Assembly: GCA_964645585.1 (NCBI GenBank)
Contig: CAZYAN010000013.1
Coordinates: 754 to 64,753, forward strand
From: an uncultured Opitutales bacterium
GTDB taxonomy: Bacteria > Verrucomicrobiota > Verrucomicrobiia > Opitutales > T3Sed10-336
Length of the DNA: 64,000 bases
Direction: 5' to 3'
The notes under the pieces are model-generated. The model had not been told where the DNA came from. It made no database searches and saw nothing but the letters and a program-made list of their open reading frames with translations. The position numbers and the translations under genes are program-made. Below are positions 15,847 to 25,874 of this stretch, piece by piece. The first letter of the stretch is position 1. Each line of letters opens with the position of its first letter.

Positions 15847-18800
15847 ATGGACGTCACCCGAATCTTGTTGCAATGTCTGCCGGTGCTGCCGGCCGCCGTC
15901 CTTTTCCCGTGCCAGGCGCTCGGCGGCGCCCCCGTGCAAGCCAACGCTCCGCTTTATTCGCCGGCGGTTCATCCAGCCAGCGGAGAGGCGGAGGCGGCGA
16001 TCGCCGGCTTCGAAGTCGCCGAACCGTTTTCGATCGAACTTTTCGCGGCGGAGCCGTTGCTGGCAAACCCGGTTCTGTTTCACGTCGCGAACGACGGCCG
16101 GGTTTTCGTCGCGGAAACCTACCGCCAAGGTGACGACGGCGGCGTGGTCGACAATCGCTATCACCCGTATTGGCTTCTCGACGACATTGCCAACGAGCGC
16201 GTGGAGCAGCGGCGCGAGATGTTTCTCCGCCACCGGCCGGACATGGCCGAACAGTGGACCGCGCATCACGGCCTGATTCGAGTGGTTGAGGACAAGGACG
16301 GGGACGGGAAGGCGGACGATTCCTCGATTTTCGCCGACGGGTTCAACGATCTCATGGACGGCACCGCGGCGGGCGTGCTTGAGCGAAACGGGAAGGTCTG
16401 GTTCACCAACATCCCGCACGTGTGGCTTCTCGAGGATCGCGATCGCAACGGGTACGCGGAGGAGCGCACGTCATTGAGTTACGGGTACGGTGTCAGTGTG
16501 GCCCTGCGCGGACATGACCTGCACGGACCGGCATTCGGGCCGGACGGGAAAATTTATTTCTCCATCGGCGACCGCGGCTACAATGTCGTTACCCAGGAAG
16601 GCCGCCACCTTAAAGCGCCGAACGAAGGTGCGGTTTTCCGCTGCGATCGCGACGGGTCGAATCTCGAGGTCTTTGCGACCGGTTTGCGCAACCCTCAGGA
16701 TCTCGTTTTTGACAATTACGGCAACCTGTTCACTGGGGACAACAATTCCGACGCGGCCGACGAGGCGCGCTGGACCTACGTCGTCGAAGGCGGCGATTCG
16801 GGGTGGCGGATGCCGTATCAGACACTTCCAGACCGTGGGCCGTTCAATCGTCTGAACCTGTGGCAGCCGGAGTTTGACGGCCGTCCGGCTTTTGCGATTC
16901 CGCCGATCGCGAACATCTCCGACGGTCCCTCGGGCGTCGCGTTTGATCCCGGTACTGGCATGCCGGAAAAGTATCGGGGCTACTTTTATCTGTGCGATTT
17001 TCGAGCGACCCCGGCACGCTCAGGGGTTTGGGCGATCGCGCACGAACCAGACGGCGCGGGTTTTGCGCTGGTCGACAGTCATCCGCTGATTTGGAACATT
17101 GTGGCGACGGACATTTCTGTCGGGCCAGACAGCGCGCTGTACGTTTCCGACTGGGTCAGCGGCTGGGAAGGCGCCAATCGCGGACGTTTGTACCGCCTCT
17201 TTGACGGCGCTGCTCAGGAAACGGACCTCGTGCGCCAAACGCGAACGCTTTTGCGCGAAGGGATGAGCGACCGTTCCGATTCCGTGCTGCTCGACCTGCT
17301 CGGGCACCCGAACCGGCGTGTTCGCCAAGAGGCCCAGTTCACGCTGGCCGAACGAGAGGGGACGGTTGAGGCGCTGGCGAAACTCGCCGCGTCCCGGGAC
17401 AAGGAGCAGCTCGCGCGCGTTCATGCGATTTGGGGTCTTTGGCAGCTTCTGGATGAGAATCGTGACGCCTCGGTCGAAGCGCTGCTGCCGCTGCTCGACG
17501 ATTCCGACGCGGAAATCCGGGCCCAAGCCGCTCGTGTTCTCGGGGATAAAGCAGTCGCGCGCGCGACGGAAAACCTCATCGCGCTGCTGAACGATTCCGC
17601 GCCGCGGCCCGTGTATTTTGCCGCGATCGGCCTTGGACGCATTGGGGACCCGCGAGCGATCGATGCGGTTGCCGAAATGCTCCGGAGAAATGCCGACCGC
17701 GATCCATTTCTCCGCCACGCCGGTGTGATGGCGTTCACCGGTGCCGGACGGACGGACGAACGGGCGCTGCTGGCGCGTGCCGATGACGAAAGCCGTTCCG
17801 TGCGCCTTGGGGTGTTGCTCGCCTTGCGCCGTCTGGATCATCCAAAGGTGGCAAAATTTCTTGCGGACTCGGATCCATTTCTCGTCCGCGAAGCCGCGTT
17901 GGCGATCCATGACGACACGCTGATCGTCGATGCGATTCCGACTTTAGCGGAAGTGATCAAACGACCGGAGATTAGCGACGAGGCGGTGCTGCGGCGGGCG
18001 ATCAACGCGAACTTCCGCTTGGGCGGGCTGGTGCAAGCTCGCGATGTCGCGGCCTTCGCCGCGCGAGAGGAGGCACCGGTTGTCATGCGCGTTGAGGCTC
18101 TCCACGCGTTGCGCGACTGGCACGAACCGCCGCCCCGCGACCGTGTCATTGGATTTTGGAGACCGCTTACCGGCCGTCCTTGGCATTGGGCAATTGAAGC
18201 GGTGGAACCGTTGCTCGATGCGCTGCTGCGTTCGTCGCCGCAAGCGGTCCAGATCGCGGCCGCGGACCTCGCCGGATATTATCAATTGAACAGCCGGGTG
18301 CCGCTGCTGCAGAGCATGGTGGAAGACGCCGCCAATCGTTCGGATGTTCGTCGTGCGGCGTTGCAAGCATTGGGGGAAATGGACGACAAAGCCGCATTGG
18401 GTTTGGCGGTAACCGCGGCGCTTGCCTCGGATTCCGCTGATTTGCGGAAGCCGGCGTATGAACTTCTCGCCCGGCTCGATCCTGCCGAGGCGGTCCGTGC
18501 GGTCGAGACGCTTGTAAAGAGCCGCTCGGCCGCGCCGAACGAGAAACAGGCGGCATTCAAGACGCTTGCCGGAATCGAAACTTCGGAGGCACGGCAGATC
18601 GTCCTCGAATGGATGAACAAACTCAGTGACAACCCGGAGGCCGTCCCCGAAGAGGTTCATTTTGAATTGATTCAGGCAGCGAAGAACATGCAGGCCGGCG
18701 ATCCGCGCTTGCGGGCCGCTTTGGACCGCTTTGAGAAAGGGCGCGCCCATTTAGATCCGGCGGAGCGGACCGAACTTCTCTACGGCGGCGACGTTGCGCT

Positions 18801-19203
18801 TGGCAAAAAATTGGTCTTTGAGCACGCGGCGGCAAGCTGCCAGCGCTGTCACATCATCGAGGGCAAAGGGAGCAGCGACGTCGGCCCTGATCTCTCTACA
18901 GTTGGTGCACGGCTGAATCGGGTTGAGCTGCTCCGCAGTCTGATCGATCCGGGTGCCGCGGTGGCGCCGGGCTTTGGCAATGCGACCATCAGGCTCACGG
19001 GCGGCGAAACCGTAGCCGGAACGGTGACCGGCGAAACGTCCGCGGCGGTATCCATCGAAATCGCGGACGGGGAGATTCGACAAATTCCCCGGCAGGAAAT
19101 CGCGTCGATGCAGGGGCCGGTTTCCATCATGCCGCCGATGGGTTCGATCCTCACCGAGGAGGAGCTCCGGGCGATTGTCGCGTATCTGGCCAAGCAAAAG
19201 TAG
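15847..19203 (+). CDS. PVC-type membrane-bound dehydrogenase domain / HEAT-repeat / c-type heme-binding (CxxCH) fusion protein
   Basis: Signal peptide 'MDVTRILLQCLPVLPAAVLFPCQALG'. N-terminal 'FEVAEPFSIELFAAEPLLANPVLFHVANDGRVFVAETYR' matches the 'putative membrane-bound dehydrogenase domain' pattern. Sorbosone-dehydrogenase-like propeller segments, then central HEAT-like repeats. C-terminal 'CQRCHIIEGKGSSDVGPDLS...SIMPPMG...LRAIVAYL' matches the Pirellula/Verrucomicrobium-type heme-binding domain. Confidence 0.88.
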   Translation: MDVTRILLQCLPVLPAAVLFPCQALGGAPVQANAPLYSPAVHPASGEAEAAIAGFEVAEPFSIELFAAEPLLANPVLFHVANDGRVFVAETYRQGDDGGVVDNRYHPYWLLDDIANERVEQRREMFLRHRPDMAEQWTAHHGLIRVVEDKDGDGKADDSSIFADGFNDLMDGTAAGVLERNGKVWFTNIPHVWLLEDRDRNGYAEERTSLSYGYGVSVALRGHDLHGPAFGPDGKIYFSIGDRGYNVVTQEGRHLKAPNEGAVFRCDRDGSNLEVFATGLRNPQDLVFDNYGNLFTGDNNSDAADEARWTYVVEGGDSGWRMPYQTLPDRGPFNRLNLWQPEFDGRPAFAIPPIANISDGPSGVAFDPGTGMPEKYRGYFYLCDFRATPARSGVWAIAHEPDGAGFALVDSHPLIWNIVATDISVGPDSALYVSDWVSGWEGANRGRLYRLFDGAAQETDLVRQTRTLLREGMSDRSDSVLLDLLGHPNRRVRQEAQFTLAEREGTVEALAKLAASRDKEQLARVHAIWGLWQLLDENRDASVEALLPLLDDSDAEIRAQAARVLGDKAVARATENLIALLNDSAPRPVYFAAIGLGRIGDPRAIDAVAEMLRRNADRDPFLRHAGVMAFTGAGRTDERALLARADDESRSVRLGVLLALRRLDHPKVAKFLADSDPFLVREAALAIHDDTLIVDAIPTLAEVIKRPEISDEAVLRRAINANFRLGGLVQARDVAAFAAREEAPVVMRVEALHALRDWHEPPPRDRVIGFWRPLTGRPWHWAIEAVEPLLDALLRSSPQAVQIAAADLAGYYQLNSRVPLLQSMVEDAANRSDVRRAALQALGEMDDKAALGLAVTAALASDSADLRKPAYELLARLDPAEAVRAVETLVKSRSAAPNEKQAAFKTLAGIETSEARQIVLEWMNKLSDNPEAVPEEVHFELIQAAKNMQAGDPRLRAALDRFEKGRAHLDPAERTELLYGGDVALGKKLVFEHAAASCQRCHIIEGKGSSDVGPDLSTVGARLNRVELLRSLIDPGAAVAPGFGNATIRLTGGETVAGTVTGETSAAVSIEIADGEIRQIPRQEIASMQGPVSIMPPMGSILTEEELRAIVAYLAKQK

Positions 19204-19227
19204 CAGCTGAAGACGGAAAATCACCCC

Positions 19228-20781
19228 ATGAAAGCCGTACTTCGAGCGCGGTCGATCTCCAAGGGCTTCCCGGGTGTGCAGGCGCTCGATGGCGTCGAGC
19301 TGACGGTGCGCCCGGGGGAGATTCACGCGCTGATGGGCGAGAACGGCGCCGGTAAATCGACCCTGATCAAGGTTCTGACGGGCGTATACGCGCGCGATTC
19401 AGGAACGGTTGAGATCGAAGGCCGGGCCGTGCACCCGGCGTCGCCGCGCGAGGCCGAAGCGGCGGGAATCAGCACCGTTTATCAAGAGGTCAATTTGATT
19501 CCCGCGCTCAGCGTGGCGGAAAATATTCTGCTCGGGCGGCAACCGCGGCGCGGCCCGTTCATTCGGTGGAGACTGTTGCGGCGACGGGCCCGCGAGGCGC
19601 TGGCGCGGCTCGGACTTGAAGGGATCGACGTCGATCGCTCGGTCGGATCGTATTCCCTTGCGATTCAACAAATGGTCGCGATCGCTCGGGCACTGGATGT
19701 CCCGGCCACACGTTTGCTGATTCTCGACGAACCAACCTCGAGTCTCGATGAAGCCGAGGTCGAGCAGCTCTTCGGAGTCATGCGAAAATTGCGCTCGGAA
19801 GGACTCGGCATGATTTTCGTCACCCATTTCCTCGACCAGGTGTACGCGGTTTGCGACCGCATCACCGTCCTCCGGAACGGTTGTTTCGCCGGCGAATTTG
19901 CCGCGGCCGAGCTCCCGCGCCTGAAACTCGTGCAGACGATGCTCGGCCGCGAGTTCGAGAATCATGCGGTGCCGGCGAAGGAAGAAACGGCGGAGTCAGA
20001 AACCGGCGAGGAGACGGGTGCCGCTGAAGTTTTTTTGGCTGCCCGGGAGCTGGGACGAAAGGGGAGTGTGCAAGAGATCACGCTCGACGTGAGGCGAGGC
20101 GAGGCGCATGGATTGGCCGGATTGCTGGGATCGGGCCGCACGGAAACGGCGCGCCTGCTGTTTGGCGCGGACCGAGCCGGTGGTGGCTCGATCACGATCG
20201 AAGGGAGCGAGGTGACTTTGAAGAATCCCCGGCAGGCAATCGCGCTCGGCATCGGCTTCAGCTCGGAGGACCGGAAGCGGGAAGGATTGATTCCGACGCT
20301 GAGCGTTCGGGAAAACCTGATCCTTGCGATGCAGGCGTCTCGCGGCATGTTTCGGCGCATTCCGATAAAAGAGCAGCGGCAGCTCGCCGAGAAGTTTATA
20401 TCCGTTTTGCGAATACGGACACCTTCGCCGGAGACGGCGATCGAGAACCTTTCCGGCGGAAACCAGCAAAAAGTGCTCTTGGCCCGCTGGCTCTGCACGA
20501 ATTGCCGGCTCTTGATTCTCGACGAGCCGACGCGCGGAATCGACATCGGCGCGAAAGCGGAGATTGAAAAGCTGATCAGCGACATCCGCGAAAAAGGGAT
20601 GGCGGTACTTTTTATTTCATCGGAGCTCGAAGAGCTTGTGCGGGTCTGCTCGCGGGTCAGTATTTTGCGCGACCGAAGGAAAGTCGGTGAAATCGCCGGA
20701 ACCGCGATCGGAGTCGACGCGATCATGCGCGCGATCGCCGCTCCGCCGCCGAGCGCGCCCGAGGAAGGGGGGCAGCGGTGA
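19228..20781 (+). CDS. ytfR: sugar ABC transporter ATP-binding protein (duplicated ABC, YtfR-like)
   Basis: Two ABC cassettes: 'GENGAGKSTL' ... 'LILDEPTSSL', and 'LSGGNQQKVLLARWL' ... 'LILDEPTRGID'. Followed by two permeases and a YtfQ-like binding protein. Confidence 0.88.
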   Translation: MKAVLRARSISKGFPGVQALDGVELTVRPGEIHALMGENGAGKSTLIKVLTGVYARDSGTVEIEGRAVHPASPREAEAAGISTVYQEVNLIPALSVAENILLGRQPRRGPFIRWRLLRRRAREALARLGLEGIDVDRSVGSYSLAIQQMVAIARALDVPATRLLILDEPTSSLDEAEVEQLFGVMRKLRSEGLGMIFVTHFLDQVYAVCDRITVLRNGCFAGEFAAAELPRLKLVQTMLGREFENHAVPAKEETAESETGEETGAAEVFLAARELGRKGSVQEITLDVRRGEAHGLAGLLGSGRTETARLLFGADRAGGGSITIEGSEVTLKNPRQAIALGIGFSSEDRKREGLIPTLSVRENLILAMQASRGMFRRIPIKEQRQLAEKFISVLRIRTPSPETAIENLSGGNQQKVLLARWLCTNCRLLILDEPTRGIDIGAKAEIEKLISDIREKGMAVLFISSELEELVRVCSRVSILRDRRKVGEIAGTAIGVDAIMRAIAAPPPSAPEEGGQR

Positions 20782-21800
20782 GCGGGCAGGTGGAGGCTGG
20801 ACAGGCGGTGCGGTCAGTGCCGCGGAGCCTGGCGTCGCCGGTATCACGCTTGCTTTGGCCGGCGCTGGGGCTGTTCGCTTTGCTTGGGTTTAACGGGCTG
20901 ACGGCGGAAGGGTTTTTCACGATCGGCGTCGTCGATGGTCATTTGTACGGTCCGCTGGTTACCATCGTTGTACAGGCATCGCCCATTATCCTTGTGGCGA
21001 TCGGGATGACGCTGGTGATCGCGACGGGCGGGATCGATCTTTCGGTCGGTTCCGTGATGGCGATCGCCGGCGCGGCGGCGGCGATCGCGAGCGGATATGG
21101 AGGCGCCTTGGGAGGGTTGCTTGCCGGATTGCTGGCGGGGATCGCCGTCGGGCTGGCGAACGGTGTGCTTGTGTCGTTCGTTCGTATTCAGCCGATCATT
21201 GCGACGTTAATTTTTCTCGTACTCGGCCGCGGGCTGGCGATGATGATGACCGGCGGTGTTCCTGCGATGATCGAGGCACCCTTCCTGGCGCGCCTCGGGC
21301 CGTTCGCGCCGCTGATCGCCGCGATCGTGTTCGCGGTGACACTGCTGTTCGTGCGGCGAACGGCGCTCGGGCTGTTTGTGGCTTCGGTTGGGGACAATGA
21401 AGAAGCGAGCCGCCTGTCCGGGCTGCAAAGCGGACTGATCAAACTCGTCGTCTACGCCTTCAGCGGACTTTGCGCGGCGGTCGCCGGAATCGTTGTTTCG
21501 TCGCGCCTCGGACGCGCGGATGCCACGCGGCTTGGCGAGCTGGTGGAATTGGACGCGATATTCGCGGTCGTGGTCGGCGGGACGGCTTTGACGGGCGGCC
21601 GGTTCAGTCTGGCCGGGTCGGTGATCGGCGCGCTGCTGATCCAGACCTTGACGGTGACGATGATCAATCAAGGGATGCCGCCGGAGATCACGCCGCTGCC
21701 CAAGGCGATCGTCATTTTGCTGGTTTGCCTGCTGCAATCGGAGAAATTTCGAAGGCAAGTCGCCGCGCCCTTCCGGGGAAGAAAGGAGGCGTCTGCCTAG
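20778..21800 (+). CDS. ytfT: sugar ABC transporter permease (YtfT-like)
   Basis: Polytopic BPD_transp_2-type permease ('GGIDLSVGSVMAIAG'). GTG start overlaps the ytfR stop by 4 nt (GTGA). Confidence 0.85.
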   Translation: MSGQVEAGQAVRSVPRSLASPVSRLLWPALGLFALLGFNGLTAEGFFTIGVVDGHLYGPLVTIVVQASPIILVAIGMTLVIATGGIDLSVGSVMAIAGAAAAIASGYGGALGGLLAGLLAGIAVGLANGVLVSFVRIQPIIATLIFLVLGRGLAMMMTGGVPAMIEAPFLARLGPFAPLIAAIVFAVTLLFVRRTALGLFVASVGDNEEASRLSGLQSGLIKLVVYAFSGLCAAVAGIVVSSRLGRADATRLGELVELDAIFAVVVGGTALTGGRFSLAGSVIGALLIQTLTVTMINQGMPPEITPLPKAIVILLVCLLQSEKFRRQVAAPFRGRKEASA

Positions 21801-22760
21801 ATGGTGTTTGTGCGAAAGTACCTTCCGCTGCTCGCGACGGCCGGTGTGCTCGGTGTACTTTTCACGCTGGCGGCGCTCCAGTACGCAAACTTTGCGTCGC
21901 CGCTTGTTGTGGCAAACATTTTGCGCGGCCAAGCCTTCCTCGGCCTGCTGGCGATCGGAATGACCTTCGTCATTCTGTCGGGCGGCATCGATCTGTCGGT
22001 TGGGACCGTGCTCGCGTTCACATCGATCCTGGTCGCGAAACTGACCCTGCTCGGCTGGCATCCGGCGCTTGCGATCGGAGCGGCGCTTGCGATCGGAACA
22101 ACCTTTGGGGCCGCGCAGGGGGCGGTGATTCAGCTTTACCGGCTGCCGCCGTTTCTCGTGACGCTGGCCGGATTATTTTTTGCGAAAGGCATGGCGTTCG
22201 CAGTCCACCGGCAATCCCTGTCGATCGATCACGGGTGGTTTGACGCGATCGCTCGCTTCCGCATTTTGGTTTTCGAGCGAGCACCGATCACGGTACCGAC
22301 GCTGCTTTTTCTCGCCGTCCTGGCGGGGACGCTGGTCATTGCCCACCTCACACGCTTCGGACGCAACGTGTACGCGGTCGGAGGAAACGAAACCTCCGCA
22401 CTGCTGATGGGACTGCCGGTCGGCGTGACGAAGGTCGGCGTGTATGCCTTCAGCGGATTCTGCGCCGCGATGGCCGGGGTCGTCTATGCGATCGGGATCC
22501 GGTCTGGAAATCCGGCGATCGGACTCGGGATGGAGCTGGACGCGATCGCGTGCGTGGTGATCGGCGGCACGCTGCTGACCGGGGGCAGCGGCTGGGTGGC
22601 CGGCACGTTCCTCGGCGTGCTGATTTTTGGCACAATTAAAACCATGCTTGATTTCCACGGCTCCCTCGATTCAGCTTGGCTGCGGATCGCAATGGGCGGT
22701 CTGCTGTTGATCTTCATCGTTTTGCAACGCGCGCTTTCGACCCGAAAAACTGCCTCCTGA
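21801..22760 (+). CDS. yjfF: sugar ABC transporter permease (YjfF-like)
   Basis: Second permease paralogue ('GGIDLSVGTVLAFTS'). ATG directly abuts the upstream stop codon. Confidence 0.85.
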   Translation: MVFVRKYLPLLATAGVLGVLFTLAALQYANFASPLVVANILRGQAFLGLLAIGMTFVILSGGIDLSVGTVLAFTSILVAKLTLLGWHPALAIGAALAIGTTFGAAQGAVIQLYRLPPFLVTLAGLFFAKGMAFAVHRQSLSIDHGWFDAIARFRILVFERAPITVPTLLFLAVLAGTLVIAHLTRFGRNVYAVGGNETSALLMGLPVGVTKVGVYAFSGFCAAMAGVVYAIGIRSGNPAIGLGMELDAIACVVIGGTLLTGGSGWVAGTFLGVLIFGTIKTMLDFHGSLDSAWLRIAMGGLLLIFIVLQRALSTRKTAS

Positions 22761-22791
22761 TTCAGAATCTAACCGTTCCCGAAAAGACTTT

Positions 22792-23751
22792 ATGAAAGCA
22801 CTACGTATCCTTGCTCTCTCTTCTGTTGCATCTTTTTCTGTGTTTTTCAGTGGCTGTGGCGGCGCCAGCGGAGGTTCGGCCGGCGGCCCGGTGGTTGGCT
22901 TTGCGCAGGCCGGCGCCGAAAGTGCCTGGAGAGTGGCGGAAACGCAATCGATCCGCGATACCGCCGCCGAGCGCGGGGTCGATCTGCGTTTCACGGATGC
23001 GCAAGGCCGTCAGGAAAACCAGATTGCGGCAGTCCGGAATTTCATCGCGCAAGGCGTCGACGCCATCATTCTCGCGCCGATCGTCGAGACCGGCTGGGAA
23101 GGCGTTTTGATGGAAGCCGGGGACGCGGGGATTCCTGTCATTCTGGTCGACCGGGGTGTCGAGGCGGATGAGAACCTGTACGCGACTTTAATCGCGTCTG
23201 ACTTTGTTGCGGAAGGCCGGATGGCCGCGGAATGGCTGGCGGAGAAGACCGATGGAAAAGCGAAGATCATCGAGCTGCAAGGAACACCTGGCGCCGCACC
23301 GGCGATCGATCGGAAGAAGGGCTTCGAGAACGCGATCGCGGCGTATCCGGAAATGACGATTATCGCGTCGCAGAGCGGGAATTTTAATATCCAAGAAGGA
23401 CGCGCGGTCATGGAAGCGCTTTTGACCCAGCACCGTGACGAAGTGACGGCGGTGTACGCGCACAACGATGACATGGCCCTCGGCGCGATCCAGGCGATCC
23501 GCGGAGCGGGCCTGCGACCCGGCGGCGATGTTTTGATCGTGTCGGTCGATGGTGTCAAAGGCGCCTTCGAGGCGATGGTGGCGGGCGATCTCAACTGCAC
23601 GGTTGAGTGCAATCCGCTGCTCGGCCCGCTCGCCTTTGACGCGGTCGAGAAGGTTCTTGCCGGGGAACCGCTGCCGAAGCGGACGGTTGTCGAGGACCAG
23701 GTTTTCGATCAGTCGCAAGCGGCGGAACTGATCGCGTCGCGGAAATATTGA
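22792..23751 (+). CDS. ytfQ: periplasmic sugar-binding lipoprotein (YtfQ-like, furanose-binding family)
   Basis: Lipobox 'VFFSGC'. 'VGFAQAGAESAWRVAETQSIRDTAAERGVDL..DAQGRQENQIAAVRNFIAQGVDAIILAPIVETGWEGVLMEAGDAGIPVILVDR' closely parallels the E. coli YtfQ N-terminal region as I recall it. Confidence 0.85.
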   Translation: MKALRILALSSVASFSVFFSGCGGASGGSAGGPVVGFAQAGAESAWRVAETQSIRDTAAERGVDLRFTDAQGRQENQIAAVRNFIAQGVDAIILAPIVETGWEGVLMEAGDAGIPVILVDRGVEADENLYATLIASDFVAEGRMAAEWLAEKTDGKAKIIELQGTPGAAPAIDRKKGFENAIAAYPEMTIIASQSGNFNIQEGRAVMEALLTQHRDEVTAVYAHNDDMALGAIQAIRGAGLRPGGDVLIVSVDGVKGAFEAMVAGDLNCTVECNPLLGPLAFDAVEKVLAGEPLPKRTVVEDQVFDQSQAAELIASRKY

Positions 23752-23804
23752 GACGGTGGAAGCGCGCATCTCGGGCTAAGCGGCTGGGTGCTGCTTTTCC
23801 CGGG

Positions 23805-24830
23805 CTACGTCGCCGTTTTCCAGAAGTAGTCGGCGCGCTGGTCGAGGATTTCGTGGCAGCGTTCGATTTCGGCCCTGCGCAGAGCGAGGTTTTCATCGGC
23901 GATTTTTGAGAGATCGTCGATGTTGTAGAGAAAGACATTTTCGATCGTTCCGGCCGCTTCCTCCACGTCCCGGGGAAGGGAAAGATCGATCAGGAAGAGC
24001 GGCTGATATCCCCGGCCCTTCACCGCGTCGCGAAGGGTGCGCTTGCGGAGAATCGGATCCGGTGAGGCTGTGGAACAGAGGACGATGTCAAACTTCCCGA
24101 CCGCCGATTCGAGCTGTTCGAACGGAAGCGCGTTTCCGCCGTACTGCCGTGCGAGATCCATCGCCCGGTGATTGGTGCGATTGCAAATCGTAAAGTCGGT
24201 AGCGCCGCGGCTCTTCAGGGCGTTGATGGTCCGCTCGCTGATTTCGCCCGCACCGACAACAAGGATTTTGGTCGAAGAAAGGTTTCCAAAGATTTTGAGA
24301 GCCAGATCGACCGCGACGCTGCCGACACTGACCTGTCCGCGTCCGACGGCGGTGTGCGTGCGGACCCATTTCGCCGCCTGAAATGATTTCTGGAAAAGAC
24401 GGTTGAGCAACGGACCCAGCGTACGGTGCTCGGTCGCGATTGTGTAGGCCTCTTTGACCTGACCGAGAATCTCCGCTTCGCCGACGACGAGCGAATCGAG
24501 CCCGGACGCAACCGCAAACAAGTGGCGCACGGCCTGACGGTCGCGCAGTTCAAAGCCATACTGCCGGAAGCCGTCACCGCCAATTTCACGCAGCTGACAG
24601 AAAGTCTCGCTCAGGGAGCGCACACCTGTTTCGCCTTCCGCGACTCCGTAGATTTCTGTCCGGTTGCAGGTGCTGATCAGCGCGACTTCGCTGATCCCGG
24701 GCACATTGCGCAGGAGCCGGTACGCGTGGCCGAACTCGTCCGGGGCGATCGAGAATTTTTCCCGGATGTCGATCGGCGCCGTATGGTGGCTGGCCCCGAA
24801 ATTGATAAGAGACCCGAAGGTTCGCTGCAT
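23805..24830 (-). CDS. hemA: glutamyl-tRNA reductase
   Basis: 'SHHTAPIDIREKFS', 'ISTCNRTEIYG' (catalytic Cys), and NADP-binding 'ILVVGAGEISE'. Confidence 0.95.
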   Translation of the reverse strand: MQRTFGSLINFGASHHTAPIDIREKFSIAPDEFGHAYRLLRNVPGISEVALISTCNRTEIYGVAEGETGVRSLSETFCQLREIGGDGFRQYGFELRDRQAVRHLFAVASGLDSLVVGEAEILGQVKEAYTIATEHRTLGPLLNRLFQKSFQAAKWVRTHTAVGRGQVSVGSVAVDLALKIFGNLSSTKILVVGAGEISERTINALKSRGATDFTICNRTNHRAMDLARQYGGNALPFEQLESAVGKFDIVLCSTASPDPILRKRTLRDAVKGRGYQPLFLIDLSLPRDVEEAAGTIENVFLYNIDDLSKIADENLALRRAEIERCHEILDQRADYFWKTAT

Positions 24831-24836
24831 GGCTGC

Positions 24837-25691
24837 TCAGAAGGACAAAACCGTCGGCGCCGAGGTGGCAGCGGCGAAACGTCCACCGGCCACTGGCCAG
24901 ATGGATGCGAGTGTGACCAGGAAGAGGATGATGCACGTCCACGCCAGCGTGTGCGCTACGACCTTTCGTTGCCAGCGAAGGCATGCGACGCAGAGGTAGG
25001 CAATCCAGATCGCGATCGTGACCGCCAGCTTCGGCCATTCGATCGAACCGGGATTGGGCATCCAGTAGAATGTCCCGAGTGCGAGGGAGACGGTAAGGAC
25101 CGAGACGCCTGTGATCAGGAGACGGGCGATCATGTGGTCGAGTTGGAGGATTGACGGCAGAAAAACGGCGAGGCCCTGCAGTTTTTTCTGTTTCAGACTT
25201 CGGTTTTGGAAGAGATACATGACCGAAATAAGCGCGAGAATGGCAAAGACTCCATAGCTGAAAAGGGCGAGAGCAGCGTGAACCTCGATCCATGGATTGG
25301 GTCCGAGCACATTGGCTGACCGGGTGCCGTCCCAATCCGGTATGGCGAGTGAAAGGACGCCGAGGAAGGCGGCGAGGCCGGCCGAGAAAAAGCCGAGCAT
25401 GCTCATGCGGAAAGCCGGACCGACCGCCATATACAGCAGGATCAGGGACCAGACGATGAACTGCATGATTTCAAACGGGTTGCCGAGCGGGCAGCCTCCG
25501 TGCTCCATCCCTCGCAGGTACAGGCCGATCGTCTGTCCGACGAAACCGGTAACAACGACCGCGAACAGGACTGGTCGCGAATGCGCGCGCGCTCGGACCA
25601 GGCAGGTGAGCCCGAACACGAATCCCGCCGTGTACAGGAAGCTCGCCGCCCAGAGCCAGGAACGGTCGTTCAAGGAGAGAAAATCGGCCAT
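24837..25691 (-). CDS. cytochrome c assembly family membrane protein (CcsA/HemX-like)
   Basis: Hydrophobic protein with about 8 TM segments, immediately upstream of hemA as in hemA-hemX type arrangements. Trp-rich segment 'WPKLAVTIAIWIAY'. Confidence 0.75.
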   Translation of the reverse strand: MADFLSLNDRSWLWAASFLYTAGFVFGLTCLVRARAHSRPVLFAVVVTGFVGQTIGLYLRGMEHGGCPLGNPFEIMQFIVWSLILLYMAVGPAFRMSMLGFFSAGLAAFLGVLSLAIPDWDGTRSANVLGPNPWIEVHAALALFSYGVFAILALISVMYLFQNRSLKQKKLQGLAVFLPSILQLDHMIARLLITGVSVLTVSLALGTFYWMPNPGSIEWPKLAVTIAIWIAYLCVACLRWQRKVVAHTLAWTCIILFLVTLASIWPVAGGRFAAATSAPTVLSF

Positions 25692-25874
25692 GTTTCGCGA
25701 AATATGGGAGAGCTCGGGAGTCCTGTCAAAACACCGAGTCGGCGAACGTGCTGTCCAGAGAGCCTTTTCGATGCAGATCGAGGAAAATCAAATGGACAAA
25801 CCGTTGATTTTCAAGCCGCGCTGGTCTTGGCGGCACGCGGCGGTGAAAAAAGAAATTGAACCTATTCGCTGGAA

